Origin: Thermoproteota archaeon
Lineage (GTDB): Archaea; Korarchaeota; Korarchaeia; Korarchaeales; Korarchaeaceae
Reading direction: 5' to 3'
Length of the DNA stretch: 26,228 nt
Assembly (NCBI GenBank): GCA_037917625.1
Contig: JAVCBY010000055.1
Location: 1-26,228 of the forward strand
A model generated the notes under the pieces. The model ran no database searches. It saw only the letters and a program-made list of their open reading frames with translations, and was not told where the DNA came from. This document shows, one piece after another, positions 1-9,554 of the stretch; positions within the stretch are counted from its first letter, which is position 1, and every line of letters starts with the position of its first letter. The translations under genes were made by a program, and so were the position numbers.

Positions 1-125
1 ATAGTGACTACTGTGAAGAACGGTGCGTATACTGGCTGGCCGAAGGTGAGGGCATCCAGCCCCTCGGGACCTTTAGCTGGTATCGCTACCTTCTCCAAGA
101 GATGCACCTCCTACGAAAGCCCCAT
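1..125 (-). repeat. Perfect 125-bp inverted copy of 6045-6169 (SD region and first ~35 codons of the NifB/NifX-family gene); runs off the window edge
   Basis: The reverse complement of 1-125 matches 6045-6169 base for base (ATGGGGCTTTCGTAGGAGG...AGTCACTAT). Identity ends at 126/6044. Confidence 0.97.
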
Positions 126-261
126 TGCTCGCGCACGTAGCCAATCCATGCACTTTAGCTTCGAGCCAGAAATCGAGGAGCTTGTCTAGAGATATTAAAT
201 CTAGATCCCCCTCCTGAGTGAAGGGTGTGACATGAGGAGGTATTATACCGTGGAACTTCAT
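73..261 (-). pseudogene. N-terminal fragment of a dihydrodipicolinate synthase/N-acetylneuraminate lyase (DapA) family gene, truncated at ~position 125 by the inverted repeat
   Basis: MKFHGIIPPHVTPFTQEGDLD...VHGLATCASNG matches the DapA N-terminus (GIIPPxxTPF, GxxGE-like motif). After SNG the frame reads through foreign sequence. A TATA-like TTTTTATT lies ~25 nt upstream. Confidence 0.8.
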
Positions 262-300
262 AAAGAAACTTTTCCCCTTGGAAAAATAAAAAGTTGAGCT

Positions 301-1221
301 TCAGAGTGAGGACTTAATATTATCTATAATACTCTTGATCTCTTTAGGGATGTAGAACCTCCATAGAAACCTGCAAGCAAACCTCTTCAGGGGAGAGAGC
401 TTGATCCTACCTCCGCATGCGTATGGATGACCTCCTCCACCGTAACTCTCACATACAGCTCCGAGATCTATTTCCTTCATCCTCCCAGCGTAAAGGGAGA
501 ACCTCTTACAATTGAAAACGAAGCAAAAATCAGCTCCTAGATCCTCACTAGCTTTCCTAGCTATGAGGGAGCCTGGACCTCCAGCTCTAATATCTATAAT
601 GCAGAACCTCCTTCCCTCATGAGTCACCTCCACCCTGACCCTCTTCAATGCCTCCCTGACCTGAGACTCCAAATTTAGGAGCTTCCTCCTGCCGAATTCC
701 TCTAACTCATCATCTATTAATGATCCTTCCACTAACCTCCTGATGAGCTTGACTTTCATTCTCTCGCTCATCGAGATCGCGTTATATAGCCTGGATATCT
801 CTAACGCATACTTGCCCGTATCAGCATCATCAGCTATCTCAACTAGCTCCCTCTCGAAATCATCACCACCCAACCACTCCAGGACGAGCCTCGCATTGCT
901 CTGAGATGGCTTGAGCCTCAGCTCTATGAGTTCCGATAGCCTAGAGGAGCTCTCATCATCCCATCTGTGGTGATCGCACCAGTAGATCTTGCACCCAGAT
1001 CCTGCTAGTCTCCTGAGCTCAGCCTCAACTCTCTCCAACTTCGATCTATTGAGTCCTATATCAAGTATTAGGAGTTCATCAACTCCATTGGCCTTTGAGA
1101 GAGCTTTATCTATAGAACTAGGCCCGGAAAATTTCAATTCAGATTCTCCAAGTCTCCTGATCGCTATAACTGCGCTCAGGATCCCATCTACGTCTCCATG
1201 CGTTATTATCATACGCTTCAT
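301..1221 (-). CDS. DHH family phosphoesterase with DHHA1 domain (NrnA/RecJ-like)
   Basis: Motifs HGDVDG, LDIG, WCDHH, ADDAD and C-terminal GGGGH. Confidence 0.88.
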   Translation of the reverse strand: MKRMIITHGDVDGILSAVIAIRRLGESELKFSGPSSIDKALSKANGVDELLILDIGLNRSKLERVEAELRRLAGSGCKIYWCDHHRWDDESSSRLSELIELRLKPSQSNARLVLEWLGGDDFERELVEIADDADTGKYALEISRLYNAISMSERMKVKLIRRLVEGSLIDDELEEFGRRKLLNLESQVREALKRVRVEVTHEGRRFCIIDIRAGGPGSLIARKASEDLGADFCFVFNCKRFSLYAGRMKEIDLGAVCESYGGGGHPYACGGRIKLSPLKRFACRFLWRFYIPKEIKSIIDNIKSSL

Positions 1222-1222
1222 C

Positions 1223-2077
1223 TTATCCCTCTATCCAACTCACTTTCACTGAGCCCTCCAGTTCAGCTATTAAGCTCTCATCTACCTTGCTGGGCCCTTC
1301 GTAAAGAGTCGAAGCTGTGGCTGATGCTACGGAGAATCTAGCTATATCCTCAAGCCCTAGACCCCTGAGTAAAGCTATGCCCAGAGCTGCGGAGAATACA
1401 TCTCCAGCCCCCACATCATCCCTGGCCTCAACTTCAGGGGCTTCAGCATATAGAATAGCGTCTGAGAAGCTGAATAGAGCTCCATCCCTCCCCAATGTTA
1501 TAGCCACTATCGGGAAATGCCTGGATAAATCCTTCAAAGCTTCTCTCACACCCTTCCCAGTTGCAGCAGTAGCTTCGAGATCGTTCAAATGAACTACAAC
1601 TTCTAAATCAAGAAATTCATCTAAAGATCCCCTGGAAAGCCTTATTCCATCATCAAACACTCTCAATATCCCCTGCAGGTCTAGCAAAACTATCTTGGAG
1701 ATCTTAATAGATTCAAAAGCTACCTCCCTACCTATCTCATTGGCCACAGGGCCTAAATGTATTATATCAGCATCTAAAGAGCTTAGATCATCGACTGAAA
1801 TATCATCGCAACGGGAGGAGAGGGAGAGGGGATATGAGCCCCTGCTTATCGAGAACCTGGTGGTCCTCTCGCAGGACCTCTTGACTCTCGAGGTATCTAT
1901 ACCCTCCTCCTCCAGCTTATCCAGGAACTCCTCAGGGAAGTCCCTCCCAACCCTGGATACTACGGAAGCCCTCATCCCAAGCCCAGCAGCGAATAGGGAT
2001 CCATAGACTACGCTACCGCCGATCCTGACTCCATCAATCTCATCTATCGTCATATGGCCTACAGCGACGTAACTCAT
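1223..2077 (-). CDS. PfkB/ribokinase family carbohydrate or nucleoside kinase
   Basis: N-terminal VGHMTID...GGS, N-x-x-E (NDLE), ITLGRDGA and the DDVGAGD signature. Confidence 0.9.
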   Translation of the reverse strand: MSYVAVGHMTIDEIDGVRIGGSVVYGSLFAAGLGMRASVVSRVGRDFPEEFLDKLEEEGIDTSRVKRSCERTTRFSISRGSYPLSLSSRCDDISVDDLSSLDADIIHLGPVANEIGREVAFESIKISKIVLLDLQGILRVFDDGIRLSRGSLDEFLDLEVVVHLNDLEATAATGKGVREALKDLSRHFPIVAITLGRDGALFSFSDAILYAEAPEVEARDDVGAGDVFSAALGIALLRGLGLEDIARFSVASATASTLYEGPSKVDESLIAELEGSVKVSWIEG

Positions 2078-2544
2078 TCTACTACCCTCTTCTCAATCAG
2101 TTCTGAGTACCACTTGGGGAATGAGGCGTCCTTGACCATCCTAGATATCGTATAAGGCTTTATATCGAGAACGGGGGTCCCGTCATATGCATCCATATTG
2201 GAGACGTATATCCTTTCATCAGAAATATCTTTAACTCTCACTAAGTGGAGCCCTATGGGGTTAGGCCTGTGAGGGGAGTCCGTCGCGAAGACCCCCACTT
2301 CAGGAGCCTCGAGCCCCAGCCTCAGGAACCTCTTAGGCCTGACTATGAGAGTGGCTCTGCTCTCCTCAGGGACCTCGTGTAAGTACGATATGACGAATAT
2401 ATGTGAGAAACCGCTCAAACCGATTAGGCCATCCCTATACTCCTCCAAAATCTCTATGTACCCTTCGACACCATGGAAGCTCTCCTTGACTTCCTCCCTC
2501 GATGCTCCTGTCCTGAAGAAGCCTATGGGTTTGAAGCATATCAT
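2074..2544 (-). CDS. tsaA: tRNA (t6A37) N6-methyltransferase TsaA/TrmO (UPF0066) family
   Basis: FKPIG, GFSHIFVISYLH, GVFATDSPHRPNPIGL and DAYDGTPVLDIKPY signatures. Confidence 0.9.
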   Translation of the reverse strand: MICFKPIGFFRTGASREEVKESFHGVEGYIEILEEYRDGLIGLSGFSHIFVISYLHEVPEESRATLIVRPKRFLRLGLEAPEVGVFATDSPHRPNPIGLHLVRVKDISDERIYVSNMDAYDGTPVLDIKPYTISRMVKDASFPKWYSELIEKRVVE

Positions 2545-2752
2545 AGTCGGGGAGGGAAGGGGAGGCTAAAAAACGTTCAGATATGCTCGCTCGCCCAAAC
2601 ATGGTAAATAATTGAATCGGAGCTCAATTTCTGAAAGTATTTTTCACGGATATGGGTATTAAAAAGTATTCATTGCAATGGCTCCGGGATTGGAGCGGCA
2701 GTCTGAGCGAGCTCGAGTTTTATTTATTGACAGATACGCTGCAGGGGATCTG

Positions 2753-3889
2753 ATGAAAGGGAGAGCCATCGAGGTCTTCGGACAGGATAGCATGATGATG
2801 GTGATAGCTGGCAACATATCAGCTGTGCTGATGGGTGCGATCATCTGGATAGTGCTCGCAGGAGTTCTCTCTGTGAGCGATTACGGTAGAGCCAATTACA
2901 TACTCTCCTTAGGGGCCTTCCTCTCCACCTTCACGCTGCTCGGGCTCAACGTAACTCTAAGGACTTATCTCCCAAGGGGAAAGGATGAGATACTCCCTCC
3001 ATCGATACTGCTCACCTCCATATCCTCAATAATACTAGGAATGCCTTTCGTGAACTTGCATCCATCGATACCCCTCATAGTATTCAGCAACTCCGTCTTC
3101 ATCTTACTCACATCCGAGAGGCTCGGCCATCTCAAATACAGGGACTTCTTCATACTCCAGACAGTCACCAGAGTGCTCCAAATTATTCTGATAATGTTGG
3201 TAGTCCCGATATCTGGCCTGAATGGAGCTATTTACTCTATAACACTCCCGTTCACCCTATTCTCAATTCCCATGCTCCTCAAAGCTAGAAGAGGATTTAG
3301 GGGTATTAAAGAGCTCCTTAGATACCTCCGCTTCTCTATTCTCTCCTACTTGAGTGGGATAGTGGGCGCTTTGGGCACTAGGTTCGATAAAGTGCTCATA
3401 GGTTCCCTCTATGGGGAGAGGATCCTGGGGCACTATCAACTCGCTTTTCAGTTCTACTCAGCTATGCAAGCAGTTCCCACGGCGCTAGGCAGCTATATAC
3501 TTCCGATGAGATCATCCGGTAGATCCACGAAGGCTCAGGAGATAATGGGGTTCTCGCTCTCAGTCCTCACATCGATAGCTGGCTACTTCTTGATACCGAT
3601 TTTCGTGAGGATAATATTCCCGAACTTCTATCCCGAGTCCGCTTTAGCTGGGAGGATCATCTCCCTAGCTATAATATTCGATTCCCTCTACTCCATATAC
3701 TCATCCAGGAGGTTGAGCGAGGAGGATCCTAAAACTGTGTTAGTAGCGAGTATCGCATCCATCCCGATCCTCTTCTCATCGATATATTTCCTAGGATCAT
3801 CCTCAGGGATAGAGGGTCTCGCGATCTCCATCCTAATTTACAGGATCTCAGCGCTCTCCTTCATAATTCTAGCGAGGTGGATCAGCTAG
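2753..3889 (+). CDS. Oligosaccharide flippase / polysaccharide biosynthesis (Wzx/MATE-like) membrane protein
   Basis: About 12 hydrophobic segments; LSVSDYG, LGLN, RFDKVLIG...LGHYQLA. ATG 2753 is preferred over 2678 because of upstream GGGGA and a TATA-like TTTTATTTA at ~2718. Confidence 0.85.
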   Translation: MKGRAIEVFGQDSMMMVIAGNISAVLMGAIIWIVLAGVLSVSDYGRANYILSLGAFLSTFTLLGLNVTLRTYLPRGKDEILPPSILLTSISSIILGMPFVNLHPSIPLIVFSNSVFILLTSERLGHLKYRDFFILQTVTRVLQIILIMLVVPISGLNGAIYSITLPFTLFSIPMLLKARRGFRGIKELLRYLRFSILSYLSGIVGALGTRFDKVLIGSLYGERILGHYQLAFQFYSAMQAVPTALGSYILPMRSSGRSTKAQEIMGFSLSVLTSIAGYFLIPIFVRIIFPNFYPESALAGRIISLAIIFDSLYSIYSSRRLSEEDPKTVLVASIASIPILFSSIYFLGSSSGIEGLAISILIYRISALSFIILARWIS

Positions 3890-3985
3890 GCTGTGGCTCC
3901 ATTATCGCTCTAAAATTAAGTTAATCTATTTTTATAAGAAAGTAAAGTTTATTAGGTAGAGCTTCCCTCAATCTAGGGGGATATC

Positions 3986-4714
3986 ATGAGTGCGACGGAC
4001 TCAATCATAGCCGCTCTCAAGGATCTGAAGCTCGGATCGATATTATCGATACTCTCTGGCGTCTTAGGTATAATGTCCGTTCTTCCAATATTGCTTTCCC
4101 TCCCGAGGATGTTCATGAGGACAGAGACCCCGAGGGAAATGTGGAGGCAGATTATGCCCGGTATCGTCCCGGCGACCCTACTATTCGCTGCAGCCCTCGT
4201 AATAGGGATAATATCGCTTTACTTCTGGTTCAGGGCATCTAACAACTTCAAGAGATATGATGAGAGGCTGGGAATAGGTAAGATAGGGGCTATCCTCTCC
4301 ATAATAGGGGTAAGCATAATCGTGATCTCATTACTCATCCTTCTCGCTACCCTACCTCAGATAGTATCGATGATTGGGATGCCAATGGATGCTGTTGGAG
4401 AGCAACTTGCGATGAGATTCCTCAGTCTGATCCCCGCGGTGATAGTGATGCTCTTAGGCGCCTTGATCTACTTGATAGGCTGGATCCTCTACGGTGTGAT
4501 GGTGATGAGGTTAGGGGAGATCCAGGGATTGAATCCAGATTTCAAGTACGCGGGTATAATCATGATAGCTGGGAGCTTGCTCTCCTTCATAGGAAATCTG
4601 GCGATAGTAGGCCTTGTATTGGAGCTAGTTTCACTCATAATGATCTCAGTCTACTCCGATATGTCGATAAAATCGCTCACATCTCCTCAAGCTCAAGCCA
4701 CCTCAACTAGTTAA
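3986..4714 (+). CDS. Multi-pass membrane protein, DUF973/DUF996-like
   Basis: Crenarchaeal-type pattern LGIGKIGAIL...RLGE...FKYAGII with ~6 TM helices; SD GGGGG upstream; T-tract after the stop. Confidence 0.65.
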   Translation: MSATDSIIAALKDLKLGSILSILSGVLGIMSVLPILLSLPRMFMRTETPREMWRQIMPGIVPATLLFAAALVIGIISLYFWFRASNNFKRYDERLGIGKIGAILSIIGVSIIVISLLILLATLPQIVSMIGMPMDAVGEQLAMRFLSLIPAVIVMLLGALIYLIGWILYGVMVMRLGEIQGLNPDFKYAGIIMIAGSLLSFIGNLAIVGLVLELVSLIMISVYSDMSIKSLTSPQAQATSTS

Positions 4715-4721
4715 TTTTTTT
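4715..4721 (+). terminator. Putative oligo-T archaeal terminator
   Basis: A T7 run directly follows the TAA stop of the DUF973-like gene. Confidence 0.4.
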
Positions 4722-4744
4722 ACTTAGCACTAGAATATTTATAG

Positions 4745-5026
4745 ATGCCAGAACTCGTGAGAGCTCACCTCAGGATATACGGGAGAGTTCAAGGTGTTTT
4801 CTTCAGATCAACTATGAGAGAAGTCGCTTTAGAGCTAGGAGTCAATGGATGGGTTAGGAACATGCCTGATGGGAGCGTGGAGGCTGTAGTCGAGGGGGAA
4901 AAGGAGAGGGTGGAGGAGTTGATAAAGTGGGCCCATCGAGGTCCCCCTCTCGCTAAAGTCGAGAGAGTCGAGGTCAGATGGGAGAGCTACAGAGGGGATT
5001 GGGAGGGGTTCAGTGTAGTAAGATAA
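4745..5026 (+). CDS. acyP: Acylphosphatase
   Basis: GRVQGVFFR and [12 protein letters not shown] signatures; GPPLAKV. Confidence 0.96.
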   Translation: MPELVRAHLRIYGRVQGVFFRSTMREVALELGVNGWVRNMPDGSVEAVVEGEKERVEELIKWAHRGPPLAKVERVEVRWESYRGDWEGFSVVR

Positions 5027-5061
5027 ATAAATGCGTACCTCAATCATGGGTGGTGAGGGGA

Positions 5062-5991
5062 ATGACCGGAAGGGGTTTCTCTCTCCTCGGTCTGAGGCTC
5101 GATATGGTCTTCACGCTATCACTCATAATAGCGATATCTACCTTCGCCTTCACTCTAATCCTAGGCTCATCCATCGGTCTAATAGGCGGAGTACTAGCAG
5201 CATTGCTCTTCAATTTCTTCATGTGGATGATCTCTCCTTACTTACTGGTCTCTATGTACGGATTGAGGCAGCTGAGCAGAAAAGATATACCATGGCTCTA
5301 CGATTCTCTGGAATATCTAGCTAAGAAGAGCGGGCTGAAATCAACTCCTAAGCTTTACATAGCTCCGATGGGGGTTCCAAATGCATTCGCATTCGGGAGC
5401 CCTGTATTCGGTTATGGGGTCGCTGTAACAGACGGCTTGCTCAGGAATCTGAGCGAGGATGAAGTCGAAGCTGTCATAGGGCATGAGCTAGGTCATATAA
5501 AGCACGGTGATATGCAAGTCATGATGATAGCTACAGCTCTGCCCTCGATATTCCTCCAGATAGGCAGGTGGGTCATGCTGAGCTCCATGTACTCCGGAGG
5601 GGGGAGGAATAGGGGCGCATCCTTCTTAATAGGCACAGTCCTCATGCTTATAGGGTGGCTCCTCTACCTATTAGCCCTGAGGTTGAGCAGGCTCAGGGAG
5701 TTCTACGCAGATGCCCACTCAGCTATGACCGTTGAGAGAGGGGCTGAGAAGCTTCAGAGCGCCTTAGTCAGGATAGTCAGGGCGACTGATCCTAGGAAGG
5801 GTGAGCAGTTGGTAGCAGCGAAGGCCCTAATGATAGCGGATCCGACTCAGAGAGTGAGCTATAGTGAGATAAGGGAGTACATGGAGAGGGAACCATCGTT
5901 CTTCGAGAAGATCATGAACTTATTCTCAACGCACCCCAGGATAGAGGAGAGGCTAAGGAGATTGGAAGCTCTGAAGTCCCTTTACAGCTAA
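5062..5991 (+). CDS. htpX: Zinc metalloprotease HtpX (peptidase M48)
   Basis: PNAFA, AVTDGLL, HELGH (HExxH), SRLREFYAD, FSTHP. The start is placed at ATG 5062 after SD GGTGAGGGG. Confidence 0.93.
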   Translation: MTGRGFSLLGLRLDMVFTLSLIIAISTFAFTLILGSSIGLIGGVLAALLFNFFMWMISPYLLVSMYGLRQLSRKDIPWLYDSLEYLAKKSGLKSTPKLYIAPMGVPNAFAFGSPVFGYGVAVTDGLLRNLSEDEVEAVIGHELGHIKHGDMQVMMIATALPSIFLQIGRWVMLSSMYSGGGRNRGASFLIGTVLMLIGWLLYLLALRLSRLREFYADAHSAMTVERGAEKLQSALVRIVRATDPRKGEQLVAAKALMIADPTQRVSYSEIREYMEREPSFFEKIMNLFSTHPRIEERLRRLEALKSLYS

Positions 5992-6044
5992 TTTTTCAAA
6001 AGGGATCCCGCTCCGATATGTTTAAAATTTAATAATTCTTTTTT

Positions 6045-6169
6045 ATGGGGCTTTCGTAGGAGGTGCATCTCTTGGAGAAGGTAGCGATACCAGCTAAAGG
6101 TCCCGAGGGGCTGGATGCCCTCACCTTCGGCCAGCCAGTATACGCACCGTTCTTCACAGTAGTCACTAT
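6045..6169 (+). repeat. Native copy of the segment duplicated in inverted form at 1-125
   Basis: Exact reverse complement of 1-125; here it lies in its intact gene context. Confidence 0.97.
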
Positions 6170-6407
6170 AGAGGGAGGGGAGGTGAAGGAAGTGGAAGTG
6201 ATAAGGAATCCTGCATCAACCCTCTTACCTTACAGGGGCCCTAGCTTGGCTTCATGGCTCAAGCACATGGGTGTGAGTGTCGTAATAGCTATCTCATTCC
6301 CTGAGGACGTCATATACAGCTTGACCTCCTGGGGCATAAAGCCAGTATTCATAGTCGGTAAGAAAGTCAGGGAGCTGCTTGAAGCCTATCTCTCAGCCTT
6401 AAAATAA
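6063..6407 (+). CDS. NifB/NifX (dinitrogenase FeMo-cofactor-binding, MTH1175-like) family small protein
   Basis: KVAIP...GLD...APFFTVVTIEGGEVKEVEVIRNP...GVSVVIA...GIKPV...VRELLEAY pattern. The true start may be TTG 6072 after SD GGAGGTG. Confidence 0.75.
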   Translation: MHLLEKVAIPAKGPEGLDALTFGQPVYAPFFTVVTIEGGEVKEVEVIRNPASTLLPYRGPSLASWLKHMGVSVVIAISFPEDVIYSLTSWGIKPVFIVGKKVRELLEAYLSALK

Positions 6408-6412
6408 ACATT

Positions 6413-7498
6413 TCAAGATTTTTGACCCTTAGATTTTCTCCTCTTCTCAGATGGCTTACTATACTTTAACAGAAGGGATACGACGCTATCTACACAGCCC
6501 TCATCATCGCAGAGCTTAGCTAACTCGAGGAATTCCCTGAAACCGAAATCTGAGAAGAGAGATGACTTTCCAGCTATATAATTAGCTAGTTTCTCGCTCT
6601 TACCACTCCTCTCCATGACTAACTTCGTCACGATCTTCCTCCTCAATTCTTCATCCTCTATGGGCGGGAGGTGAAGAGTTATGAAATATGAGATGAGGTC
6701 CCTCGGTATCCCTCTCTCGCTCGAGGAAGACGCAGTTATAGTTGATCTATGCTGTATCACATCACCTACTTTCCTCACGAAGACCTTGTTTGAGGAGATG
6801 AAATTTACTAGGGTCGATAGATCGACTGAAGACCTCATCTTATCTAAGTTAGGGATTATAAGTGGATTCGGCTTTACGCTCCATAGCACCTCATCTAAGG
6901 ATGGATCAGCGCCCGGGACGTAGAAATAAGAGCCGGGTATTCTAGTCAGCTCCTCTATTATCAAGCTCTTCAGTGAGATCTTGGGCCCTAGGAGGAGGAA
7001 GTGAGCTGAGCCTCCGCTCTTCACGGATTTCAGAATCAAGTTAACGATGTTCCTGAAGTCAGAAATTAGATTGAAGAACTCCTCTGATTCCAATTCACCT
7101 TCAAGCTCTGGCAATTCTATCTTAGGCATTTCCTCAATGAGGCCCTTATCCTCAAGGACCCTCTTAACTAGCTCAGGTTTAACTAGCACGTAGCTGATTC
7201 CCTTGCTCCCTCCATGAGCTGCTTCTATGATGCCTAAGTTCACTAACTCCAGTATGTGGGAGAATGGGATGTTAGGTGAGAAGTCGGATGGGGAGAATGA
7301 GGGGTATATTAGAGTGGATCCGCACTGCCTGCACTTATACTGAAGCAAGGAGACCCTCTCTAAGTCCGAGGATCCGCACTTAGGGCACTTAAATACTCTC
7401 GAATGATAATCTTGTATGAGTTTCAACGTTTGGAGAAGCTTAAAATCCTTCTCCAAAGCCTTGCTTAATCTATCCAGCTCTTGCTCACTGTAAGGCAT
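6413..7498 (-). CDS. Zn-ribbon + winged-helix + degenerate AAA+ ATPase domain protein
   Basis: CPKC...CRQC; wHTH-like LELVNLGII...YVLVKPELVKRVL; Walker-A position HFLLLGPKISLKS; Walker-B position LIIPNLDKM; Arg-finger position LISYF. Confidence 0.7.
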   Translation of the reverse strand: MPYSEQELDRLSKALEKDFKLLQTLKLIQDYHSRVFKCPKCGSSDLERVSLLQYKCRQCGSTLIYPSFSPSDFSPNIPFSHILELVNLGIIEAAHGGSKGISYVLVKPELVKRVLEDKGLIEEMPKIELPELEGELESEEFFNLISDFRNIVNLILKSVKSGGSAHFLLLGPKISLKSLIIEELTRIPGSYFYVPGADPSLDEVLWSVKPNPLIIPNLDKMRSSVDLSTLVNFISSNKVFVRKVGDVIQHRSTITASSSSERGIPRDLISYFITLHLPPIEDEELRRKIVTKLVMERSGKSEKLANYIAGKSSLFSDFGFREFLELAKLCDDEGCVDSVVSLLLKYSKPSEKRRKSKGQKS

Positions 7499-7769
7499 TG
7501 TTGAGTAATGTGAGGCGAACTTCTAGATAATCATTTCGGCCCCATGAAGCTCTTCCTGAGTACGAGGGGTGATTGCCTAAGCTCGATAGGGAACGCTTAA
7601 AATAATCTCGGGGTTTTCCTGGATCTTAAGGCTATACTAACATTATTCTGATCGGCTGGAGAGATCTTATCTACTGAATGGAGGTCCTAAATTATCATGA
7701 TAGCGCTGCTTATCTCATGATCCGGAACTTCGCTGAATTCAATCTGCTGAGCTTTAAGCAGCGACCCCC

Positions 7770-9554
7770 TCATTCCCGGTATATGATATCAACGTAACTG
7801 AAGTTGACGGTATCTATTAATCCCCTATCCGTTATCCTCAGCTCTGGTAGGACATCTAGCGCTAGAAGGGAGATTGTCATGAAAGGAGATACCCAATTGC
7901 ATCCTCTCTCCCTCCAGATATCATAAGTCCTCTCCAGCTCCTCAGCTACTCTCTCAGGTTCCTCCGTTGACATCAAACCAGCCAGGGGGAGCTTGACTAG
8001 GGAGATAACTCTCCCCTCATCTACCGTAACTATACCCCCTCCCACTTCAGCCAGCGTATTCGCAGCTATCACCATATCCTCATCCTTCAACCCTAAGACG
8101 AGCAAGTTATGGTTATCGTGAGCTACAGTTGAAGCCACTGCCCCTAGCTTGAAGCCGAACCCCTTTACGAACCCTAAACCCATGTTTCCAGATGCTTTAT
8201 GCCTCTCCAAAACAGCCACTTTATATATACTCCTCTCAGCATCAGGGAGGACCTCCCAATCCCTCACATAGAGCTCCTCAATATTGCACTTAGTGAGGAC
8301 GCTGCCCTCTATCGCCTCTATCACCCTGACCTTCACGCTCCCATCCTTGAGGGGTGCTCTTATCGAGAAATCGCTAGCTTCTACCTTTCTTCGCAATCTC
8401 ACTGTCCTCAAGTACTTCTCATCATAGCTCGGTGCTCCTATCTCAGCTAATAATTTCCCTCCCTTCGCGATAATCTTGCCATCCGCTATTACTGTATCCA
8501 CATCCACCTTAGCTAAGTCCCTCAGCAAGAGGATATCAGCATACCTGCTCGGGGCTACGCTCCCTATCTCCCTAGCTAACCCGTAATGCTCGGCTGGATT
8601 TATCGTAGCCATCTGTATAGCCCTAATTGGGTCTACTCCCTCCTCTATAGCTCTCCTCACTACATGATCCATATGACCCTGCTTTATTATTGAATCGACT
8701 TCCCTATCATCGGTAACTAGACAGGCATGCCTAGAATCGAGCTTAGCCTCAGTTATCGCTTTTATAGTCTCCTTGACATCGAGCCAAGCGGAGCCCTCCC
8801 TCATGTACGCGTACATCCCGAGCCTGAGCCTCTCGATAGCATCTATTTTGCGAGTCATCTCGTGAGACGATGATATGCCTGAAGCTGAGTAAGCTGCGAG
8901 CTCCATCCCGAGGAGTCCAGCATCGTGACCCTCAACTACCTTACCAATCCTATGGGCCGCATTTATCTTACCCATGACCTCGGGATCCGTAGCTAGGACT
9001 CCTGGATAATTCATCATCTCCCCTAGGGCTATTACTTCCTCCCATCTCAGCATCTCCTCGACTTCCTTAACTCCTAAGTGAGCTCCCGATGTCTCGAACA
9101 TGGGATTAGCTGGTACGCATGACGGGGCTGTGACGAATACCTTCAATGGGAGCCCCTTGGACTCCTCTATCATTAGCTTAACCCCATCCAATCCCAAGAC
9201 GTTAGCTATCTCATGGGGATCTATGAAGACAGTGGTAGTCCCTCTGGGGAGCACTACTTTAGCGAAGTTAGTCAAATTGAGCATACTGCTCTCAACGTGT
9301 ACATGAGCATCTAAGAATCCGGGAACTAAGTACATTCCCCTAGCGTCAATTACCTCAGTATCCGGGCCTATCGTATGGGAAACCTGACCTATAGTAGCGA
9401 CTCTATCCCCCTTTATGGCCACACCGAAATTCTCGAGGATCTCGCCTGAGTTGACGTTGACAAATGTAGAGTTCAATATCACTAGATCCGCTTTCTCCTT
9501 ACCTAAAGCCACTCTGACGAGGGTATCGGAAACTTCCCATATATTGCTCCTCAT
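7770..9554 (-). CDS. ade: Adenine deaminase (AdeC family amidohydrolase)
   Basis: PGFLDAHVHVESS, DPHEIANV, LGEMMNYPGV, REGSA, TDDR, ATINPA, AHDNHN; 594 aa. Confidence 0.95.
   Translation of the reverse strand: MRSNIWEVSDTLVRVALGKEKADLVILNSTFVNVNSGEILENFGVAIKGDRVATIGQVSHTIGPDTEVIDARGMYLVPGFLDAHVHVESSMLNLTNFAKVVLPRGTTTVFIDPHEIANVLGLDGVKLMIEESKGLPLKVFVTAPSCVPANPMFETSGAHLGVKEVEEMLRWEEVIALGEMMNYPGVLATDPEVMGKINAAHRIGKVVEGHDAGLLGMELAAYSASGISSSHEMTRKIDAIERLRLGMYAYMREGSAWLDVKETIKAITEAKLDSRHACLVTDDREVDSIIKQGHMDHVVRRAIEEGVDPIRAIQMATINPAEHYGLAREIGSVAPSRYADILLLRDLAKVDVDTVIADGKIIAKGGKLLAEIGAPSYDEKYLRTVRLRRKVEASDFSIRAPLKDGSVKVRVIEAIEGSVLTKCNIEELYVRDWEVLPDAERSIYKVAVLERHKASGNMGLGFVKGFGFKLGAVASTVAHDNHNLLVLGLKDEDMVIAANTLAEVGGGIVTVDEGRVISLVKLPLAGLMSTEEPERVAEELERTYDIWRERGCNWVSPFMTISLLALDVLPELRITDRGLIDTVNFSYVDIIYRE

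Noticed and set aside
2585-2712. 8-bp inverted repeat GCTCGCTC/GAGCGAGC flanking an AT-rich divergent promoter region
   Set aside because: Too short to call a MITE; no target duplication; expected by chance in this GAGC-rich sequence.
7499-7769. 270-nt intergenic region with ATGAT and CTGA motifs (possible C/D-box sRNA)
   Set aside because: The C-box matches are poor (ATGATAG, ATGATCC) and there is no convincing terminal stem or ORF.
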